Assembly (NCBI GenBank): GCA_040756235.1 | Contig: JBFLZG010000126.1 | Span: 161,564 to 225,563 of the forward strand | From: a bacterium | GTDB taxonomy: Bacteria; Desulfobacterota; DSWW01 | Direction of reading: 5' to 3' | Length of the DNA stretch: 64,000 bases | Part shown: positions 58,122-64,000 of the stretch, in pieces | Numbering within the stretch: position 1 is the first letter of the stretch | Layout of the letters: each line of letters begins with the position of its first letter | Program-made: the position numbers and the translations under genes | Notes under the pieces: generated by a model | Databases searched by the model: none | Told to the model about the DNA's origin: nothing | What the model saw: only the letters and a program-made list of their open reading frames with translations

Positions 58122-58700
58122 GTGGGACGCCGTAGAAAGAAGGACCTCCAGGCCGGTCAGACCCGCGTCATCAAGCGATATGGAAACCGCAAGCTCTATG
58201 ACACCCAGCAGAGCCGGTACGTTACACTGGAGGAGATCTCCCAGATGATCCGGCAGGGCCAGGACGTCCGCGTGGTGGACAACAAGTCCCAGGAGGACCT
58301 GACCAACGTCACGCTCACCCAGATCATGCTGGAACACGAGAAGAACAAGACGAACCTCCTGCCTCACTCCCTTCTCAAGAATCTCATCCAGCAGAGCGGC
58401 GAATCGATATCCGAGTGGCTGCAGAGGGGAAAGGAATCGTTCGCGTCGATGAAGACGGAGGCGGAGGAGCAGATTTCACGGCTCCTCGAGAAGGGGATGG
58501 AGACCAAGGACGAGGGTGCGAGCCTCCTCAGGGAGTGGCTGGTCCATCCGCATCGCCCCATCGACTTGCTGCAAAAGAAGATCGATGAACGGATCAAATT
58601 CTTCTTTTTCCATCTTACCGGACTCGAGGACCTGGAACGGCAGATTCAGGAGTTGGAGCAAAAGGTCGTGCAGCTCGAAAAGCGACTCTCCGAATCCTGA
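58122..58700 (+). CDS. PhaR-like polyhydroxyalkanoate regulator DNA-binding domain protein
   Basis: IKRYGNRKLYDTQQSRYVTL, EDLT..TLTQI; C-terminal coiled coil. Confidence 0.88.
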   Translation: MGRRRKKDLQAGQTRVIKRYGNRKLYDTQQSRYVTLEEISQMIRQGQDVRVVDNKSQEDLTNVTLTQIMLEHEKNKTNLLPHSLLKNLIQQSGESISEWLQRGKESFASMKTEAEEQISRLLEKGMETKDEGASLLREWLVHPHRPIDLLQKKIDERIKFFFFHLTGLEDLERQIQELEQKVVQLEKRLSES

Positions 58701-58812
58701 CTCCCGCGTCCCCTGCCGCCTTCGGCGCCATCCGCTCCGCCTCTGCCCGCCCTTTCGGAGCACCCGTGGACTCGGGGCGAAGCCTGTAGACAATAAGAGC
58801 CTCTCTGGAATG

Positions 58813-58968
58813 TGCAGGCCGTTCAAAAAGGTCCAGATGCAAGGCGCGCGAAGTTTGAGGAACGAGGCTTTTCCCGCGACGCTGGAAGGGCGGGGAGCCT
58901 GTCCGGCGAAGGCCGCGAACGATCAACGAGCGCAACACAGCAGAGGGGCCTTTTTTTGGCGGCCTGCA
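58813..58968. repeat. Degenerate copy 2 of the palindromic intergenic element
   Basis: Shares CCAGATGCAAGGCGCG, GAGGAAyGAGGC and GAGCGCAAC with copy 1; own termini TGCAGGCCG...CGGCCTGCA. Confidence 0.75.
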
Positions 58969-59040
58969 GGGGCTTGATCTCAGATGCCGGTAAAGAAGGG
59001 CGTGCCTGCGCCTGGCGCTCGCGCACCCGGAGGACCTGCG

Positions 59041-60024
59041 GTGAAGCTGAGTGAGATCATGAGCCGACGTGTTCTGATCCTCTCCGGGAAGGGAGGTGTC
59101 GGCAAGAGCGTCGTCTCGGCCGCGCTCGCGTGGAAGGCCGCGCAGGAAGGGAAACGCACGCTGCTGATCGAGATGGATACGATGGAGACCCTCCCCCGCC
59201 TGTTCGGACGACCGGGGGGCGAGCGCTACAAGGAAGTCCTGCTCGCTCCCAACATCCATTGCCTGCACGTGGACGGCAAGTCAGGGCTGGAGGAGTACCT
59301 TCAGCTGGTCCTCAAGAGCAAGACGCTGACCCAGCGTATCTTCCGGAGCCCCGTGTACGAGTATTTCGTGAACGTGGCCCCCGGACTGAAAGAGCTCATG
59401 GCCGTGGGCAAGATCTGGGACCTGGAGCAGAGTACGGTGCCCGGAACCTCCCGCCCCAAGTATGATCTGTTCATCGTGGACACACCGGCGACAGGGCATG
59501 CTCTGGCCTATCTGCGGATGCCGATGTCGGCCGTGAGCACGCTGCGCAGAGGGTTCGTCCGCAAAGAGGCGCAGAAGGTCGCCGATCTCCTGCAGGATCC
59601 CGGGAAGACGAGCTTCAACATTGTCACTACCCCGGCCGAGACGCCGGTCAACGAAGCCATCGAGCTGCATGAGGAAGCGAGCCGGCAGCTTCGCCTGCCG
59701 GTCGGGTGCCTCTTCGTGAATCAGCTCTACCCGGCCTTTTTCCAAGGCCCGGAGCTCGATCGGTTTCAGCTCTGGACGTCGCAGGTGGAGAAGGACAAGC
59801 GGGAATCGCCCGATTCGTCGCCGGCTCTTCTCCAGGAGAGCGCGCTGCTGCGCTGCGCGCTCTCCTGGCAGCGCAGAAGAGAGACCCAGGAAGCTCACCT
59901 GGAACGGCTGCGGCAGGCCCTTCCCGCGCAGATGGTGACGCTGCCCCTGGTACCGGCCGTCGAGGATCCTCTCTCCCTCATCCAAGAACTGGCGGGTTCC
60001 CTGCAGGATTCCGTCGCAGAATGA
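59041..60024 (+). CDS. ArsA/Get3-family ATPase (first of pair)
   Basis: GGAGGA RBS; SGKGGVGKS, APGLKEL, IVDTPATGH, VNQ. Confidence 0.88.
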   Translation: MKLSEIMSRRVLILSGKGGVGKSVVSAALAWKAAQEGKRTLLIEMDTMETLPRLFGRPGGERYKEVLLAPNIHCLHVDGKSGLEEYLQLVLKSKTLTQRIFRSPVYEYFVNVAPGLKELMAVGKIWDLEQSTVPGTSRPKYDLFIVDTPATGHALAYLRMPMSAVSTLRRGFVRKEAQKVADLLQDPGKTSFNIVTTPAETPVNEAIELHEEASRQLRLPVGCLFVNQLYPAFFQGPELDRFQLWTSQVEKDKRESPDSSPALLQESALLRCALSWQRRRETQEAHLERLRQALPAQMVTLPLVPAVEDPLSLIQELAGSLQDSVAE

Positions 60025-60056
60025 GCCGGTAGCCGGGGTACGGCAGGAGGAGGCTT

Positions 60057-61217
60057 GTGGATCTGCGGGGGCTGATCGAAAAGAAGAAGATCCTCATCTG
60101 CTGCGGAAGCGGAGGCGTGGGAAAGACCACCATCGCGGCTGCCCTGGGGGTTCAGGGGGCCGTATCGGGCCAGACGGTGCTGGCCCTCACCATCGATCCG
60201 GCCCGGCGCCTGGCCAATTCCCTGGGCCTCAGCTACATCGGGAACACCGAGACGCTGGTATCGCCGGACAAGTTTCGCGAATCCGGGCCCGCCCCCAAGG
60301 GCGCTCTCTATGCCATGATGCTCGATACGAAGCACGCCTTTGACGAGGTGATCGAGCGCTACGCGCCCTCCGCCGAGGTCAAGCGCAACATCCTCCAGAA
60401 CCGCTTCTATCAGAACCTGTCCGCCGCCATGGCCGGCTCCCACGAGTACCTTGCCGTGGAAAAGCTCTATCAGATTTTTCTCCGCGGCCGTTACGACCTG
60501 ATCCTGCTGGACACCCCGCCCACGCGCCACGCCCTGGACTTCCTGGAGGCGCCGAACCGGGTGCGCGCCTTCTTCGACCGCAGCGTGAGCACCTGGTTTC
60601 TCAAGCCGTATTTCAAAATGGGGCGGATGGGTCTGCAGCTCTTCAACCGCACGGCGGGTACGTTTTTCAAGATGCTGGAGCGCGTGACCGGCGCCGAGTT
60701 CCTGCGCGACGTATCCGAGCTCATGGCCGGTCTGGCCGACGCTTTCGACATCTTCCGCAGCCGGGCGGACGAGGTCATGCACGTGCTCCACGGCGAAGCG
60801 ACCTCTTTCCTGCTGGTCACCGGGACGAGCCCGGCGGCTCTGGACGAGGCGACCTTCTTCTACCGGCGCCTGCGTCAGGCCGGGCTTCCTCTGGGCGGCT
60901 GTATCGTCAACCGCGTGCACGAGCGGCCCGACTCGGCAGAGATCTCCACGGATGGCGCGCTGCAATCGGACGCGGCTCCCCGGGACCTGCTTCGCTACCT
61001 GGAGGAAGAGCGCAACATGAGCCGCGCCATGGCTCTGCGGCTGGTGGAGAACTACAGCCGATACCTGCGCTTGTGGCGGAAAGACGAAGAGGTGGTGCGC
61101 CGCTTCGCCAAGCAGTTTTCCGGAAACACCCCGGTGCACACGGTGCCCATGTTCGACCGGGACATTTTCGATCTCCCAGGATTGTTCAGGATCAACGCCC
61201 ACCTGTTCCGAGGCTGA
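60057..61217 (+). CDS. ArsA/Get3-family ATPase (second of pair)
   Basis: AGGAGG RBS; GSGGVGKTT, TIDPARRLA, LDTPPTRHALDFL, VNR. Confidence 0.9.
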   Translation: MDLRGLIEKKKILICCGSGGVGKTTIAAALGVQGAVSGQTVLALTIDPARRLANSLGLSYIGNTETLVSPDKFRESGPAPKGALYAMMLDTKHAFDEVIERYAPSAEVKRNILQNRFYQNLSAAMAGSHEYLAVEKLYQIFLRGRYDLILLDTPPTRHALDFLEAPNRVRAFFDRSVSTWFLKPYFKMGRMGLQLFNRTAGTFFKMLERVTGAEFLRDVSELMAGLADAFDIFRSRADEVMHVLHGEATSFLLVTGTSPAALDEATFFYRRLRQAGLPLGGCIVNRVHERPDSAEISTDGALQSDAAPRDLLRYLEEERNMSRAMALRLVENYSRYLRLWRKDEEVVRRFAKQFSGNTPVHTVPMFDRDIFDLPGLFRINAHLFRG

Positions 61218-61257
61218 CCAGTTGTCAGTAAGAAAGGGTTCGCGCTTGAAGGTGATG

Positions 61258-61500
61258 GGAGATTGCGAGCGTAGCGAAGCAACCTCCGTGGCTCTGGGGG
61301 TTGCTTCGGTCGCCTGTGGCTCCCTCGCAATGTCCGCAACACTTGGTGCCCTCGCTCCGCCCGCTCCATGGGGCCTTTGCCGGGGATGAGGGGTTATGAC
61401 ACAGCCGCGAAAGCGGGAATCCCGCTGTGCCGAAAGGTCCCTCGCTGCGCTCGGGACGGCGGCTCGCGGCCGCTACGCGGCCTTGGCCGGGATGACGATC
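61258..61500. repeat. Cluster of REP-like palindromes
   Basis: Nested inverted repeats ATTGCGAG/CTCGCAAT and CGAAGCAACC/GGTTGCTTCG; left arm resembles 54685-54712; further GC-rich palindromes to about 61500. Confidence 0.55.
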
Positions 61501-61617
61501 CACTCAACAACCGGGTCGCCCTTGATTCGTCCTACCCCTTGTGATAGACGTGAGGTCAGAGGCCGGACGCTCGCGCGCGGCGGGGTCCTGCTCGAGAAAG
61601 AACAGAAGACCCGAGTC

Positions 61618-61824
61618 ATGCCGCTGTCGACCCTTCTTTTCTGTCACGTGCTGTACGGAATCGTCTGTGCCATCCTGGCGCGGAAACGGAACCGGTCGAA
61701 GCTGCAGTGGTTCGCACTCGCCCTGCCTTTCGGCGTTCTCGCCCTCTTCGTCCTGCTGCTGCTCCCGGCACTCCCGCACACCGTCCTCTCGGCCGACGCT
61801 TCCGTCACAGAACGTCGGGCGTGA
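61618..61824 (+). CDS. Small two-TM membrane protein
   Basis: AILARKRNRS..WF..PFG..LLLLP pattern; overlaps the convergent RSH gene end by 20 nt. Confidence 0.65.
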   Translation: MPLSTLLFCHVLYGIVCAILARKRNRSKLQWFALALPFGVLALFVLLLLPALPHTVLSADASVTERRA

Positions 61825-63955
61825 GGCCCTGGTAATGGACGTGGATCACGCCCGGCAGGTTCTTCAGCTCATCCATGAGCTGCCGGTCGATGACCGGCGT
61901 GTTGAGAACGAAGTGGATCTCGGGCAGACCTTTCTTTTCCTTGGAAGAGATCCTCTTGATGTTGATGCGCCTGGCAAAAAGCAGCGACGTGATCGAGGCC
62001 ACCACGCCCGGCTGATCTTCGGCTGACACCACCAGGCTCGAATAGGTCTCCTCTTCCTCGGCCCACTCGATCATGAAGCTGCGCTCCTGGGCGCGCGGGT
62101 CGATGGTCTTGCAGCGAGGGTCGTGGACCACGACGGAGTAATTCTCCAGATGGCCGATCGCTCCCTCCTTCCTGCGTCCGTTCGGGCAGCACGGATCGAA
62201 GCGGGCGCCGACCTGGGACAGGGAGATCGAGATCCGCGGCCGCGCCTCCCGGTAGCCCGGAATCCAACGGGAGAAGAAGACGGGAAAATCCCTGAGCAGC
62301 TTTCTGGCTTGAGGCCGGCTGCCCTGCGAGAGGAGCTCGGTCAGCGTGAGCTCGCCCGTGCCGATCATCCCGAACAGGTCCTCTTCACGCCGCCGCGCTC
62401 GGTCCTGCTCAATCCACTCGAGCACCACGGCCTCATGGTCCGGCACGTTCTGCTCCAGGATGGCGTGTCCCACCTGAGCCGCCAACTGGTGGAACAACCG
62501 GTGCGCGTGCGTCTGGAGGGCCAAGCGCGCCTTCGGCGTCTGAACGTGCTCCCGCCAGAACACCTTGGCGCAGGGCTGCGGTGAAGGGAAGACCTCGACC
62601 CGGTCGCCGCTCCTCAGCTCGGAAAAGATGGAAGCCGCCTCGCCGTTGATCGAACAGGCCTCCACCCGCAGCCCCAGCTCCGTGTGGATCTGAAAGGCGA
62701 AATCCAGGACGGTGGACCCGGCCGGGAGATAGACGAGGTCTCGCTTCGGAGTCATCACGACGATGTCCTCCGGCACGAGGAAATCCTTCAGGTGGCCCAT
62801 GAAGGCCTCGATCTCATTCTCCTCCTTCAGCTGCTTGAGCAGCCTCTGGTAGGCCTCGAACCGGGGGGACATCCCCTCCTTGCGGGCCAGGAAATGCACC
62901 ACTCCGTCTTCTCCGATCCGCTTCATCTCGCGCGTAAGAATGCGCAGGTTCAGAATGTCTTCCTCGCGCACGGCCTTGGTGTGCAAGGCGCTGTACAGGT
63001 TGTACTTGCTTTCGGAAATGTAGTCGTGGAACTCCCCCGGAATGGCACGGTACTGCCTGTGCAGGATCCCGAGGGCGCGGTAGCAGTCCATCTCGTCACG
63101 GGAGCTGAGGATGATCTCGAAATCGACCAGATCGGAGAACTTGCGGAACCGGACCTCGCGCAGGTCCTTGAGGGTCCTTTCTTTGAGGAGCCGGCTGTGG
63201 ACGTGGCGCATCAGAGGGATGACCCGGTGCGCGGACACGCCGCCCGCCCCCAGGCTCGACTCGATCTCTTTGCGGATCGCGTAGATCTTCTCCAGGTTGT
63301 CCGAGTAGAGAGCCGCGATCTGCCGTTGCACTCTCGAAAAACCCTTCGGGTCGATGGCCCAGAGAGAGTGTCGCGCCAGCTCGCGGAAATATCGCCCCAT
63401 CCCGAAGCGCATGCAGAGCCAGGACCAGATCTCCAGGTTGGTCATGGCAAAGCGCTTCTGTCTGTACCGGGGAAGGCTGCGCAGGTCCCGGGTGTTGTGG
63501 ATCACGTCCGCGATCTTGATCACCAGGGTTCGCAGGTCCTCGGAGACGGCCGCCATGAGCTTGCGGATGTACTCGACATCCGAGATCAGATTGATCTCCT
63601 CCTCCAGGTATCCGATCTTGGACAGACCGTCGACCATTCTCGCGATCTCGTTTCCGTCCAGGCACGACCCCTCCAGGAGTCGCACGATGTCCTGACGAGT
63701 GCACGGCGTCTCCTCCAGCACGTCATGGAGGATCGCCACACAGATCTCGGGCAATCCGAGCTCCATCTCCACGGCCACGATCTGGGCGACCGACAGATTG
63801 TGGTCCTCGTGGTATTCCTTGCCCGAGAGGCGCTTCTTCCCGGCGAAGAGCTCGCGCGTGAAGGCTTCCACTTTCCCGAGGAGCTCGAGCTCCCCGGAGG
63901 ACTCGGGATGAGTCTTCTGCAACTGCTTTTGGATGGCAAGAATCTTGGGTTGCAT
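61805..63955 (-). CDS. Long RelA/SpoT homologue (HD, degenerate synthetase, TGS, ACT)
   Basis: LHDVLEET, IKIAD..HN, DYIS..K.N.YSALHT, LPAGSTVLDFAFQIHT (TGS), CC..H..C, EDQPGVVASIT (ACT). Confidence 0.88.
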   Translation of the reverse strand: MQPKILAIQKQLQKTHPESSGELELLGKVEAFTRELFAGKKRLSGKEYHEDHNLSVAQIVAVEMELGLPEICVAILHDVLEETPCTRQDIVRLLEGSCLDGNEIARMVDGLSKIGYLEEEINLISDVEYIRKLMAAVSEDLRTLVIKIADVIHNTRDLRSLPRYRQKRFAMTNLEIWSWLCMRFGMGRYFRELARHSLWAIDPKGFSRVQRQIAALYSDNLEKIYAIRKEIESSLGAGGVSAHRVIPLMRHVHSRLLKERTLKDLREVRFRKFSDLVDFEIILSSRDEMDCYRALGILHRQYRAIPGEFHDYISESKYNLYSALHTKAVREEDILNLRILTREMKRIGEDGVVHFLARKEGMSPRFEAYQRLLKQLKEENEIEAFMGHLKDFLVPEDIVVMTPKRDLVYLPAGSTVLDFAFQIHTELGLRVEACSINGEAASIFSELRSGDRVEVFPSPQPCAKVFWREHVQTPKARLALQTHAHRLFHQLAAQVGHAILEQNVPDHEAVVLEWIEQDRARRREEDLFGMIGTGELTLTELLSQGSRPQARKLLRDFPVFFSRWIPGYREARPRISISLSQVGARFDPCCPNGRRKEGAIGHLENYSVVVHDPRCKTIDPRAQERSFMIEWAEEEETYSSLVVSAEDQPGVVASITSLLFARRINIKRISSKEKKGLPEIHFVLNTPVIDRQLMDELKNLPGVIHVHYQGLTPDVL

Positions 63956-64000
63956 GGGAGTAGGGGAGGGGGCAGATGAGGCGTCGCGGGCCTGACCGTC

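Noticed and set aside
58984..61217. Arsenic resistance operon
   Set aside because: No arsB/acr3, arsC, arsR or arsD nearby; the pair fits non-arsenic Get3-like ATPases better
1..64000. CRISPR arrays, tRNA/rRNA genes, transposases, integrases
   Set aside because: No regularly spaced direct repeats, RNA gene signatures or recombinase motifs were seen by eye; a covariance search could still find small RNAs

Overview
GC-rich bacterial window; gene content suggests a Deltaproteobacteria/Desulfobacterota-like host (inference). About 9.4-53 kb is a large surface-glycan locus: Wza, a split Wzc-like pair, a MurJ-type flippase, a Wzy/WaaL-like protein, GT2/GT4/GT-C enzymes and a WcaJ-like priming transferase. 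It is densely packed with tailoring genes: a triplicated hexapeptide acyltransferase, three SAM methyltransferases, two radical-SAM enzymes, two deacetylases, an ATP-grasp ligase, and a cassette of two ACPs, SDR, acyl ligase, FabH and UbiA with a stand-alone condensation-domain protein nearby. The most striking element is an embedded isoprenoid module. A single 930-aa ORF fuses a complete class II HMG-CoA reductase to a squalene-hopene-cyclase-like QW-repeat domain with a non-canonical DNES motif, and it is divergent from a type 2 IPP isomerase. This suggests an undescribed terpenoid/meroterpenoid-glycan system (inference). The left end holds secreted hydrolases and lipoproteins. The right end is housekeeping (tatA, DUF167, proC, yggS, maf, yjbQ), followed by a PhaR-like gene, a tandem ArsA pair and a degenerate long RelA/SpoT homologue. 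Two copies of a palindromic intergenic repeat are present. No rRNA, tRNA, CRISPR array or transposase was recognised. All calls come from motif reading by eye; several start codons were moved from the ORF track using RBS or overlap evidence.
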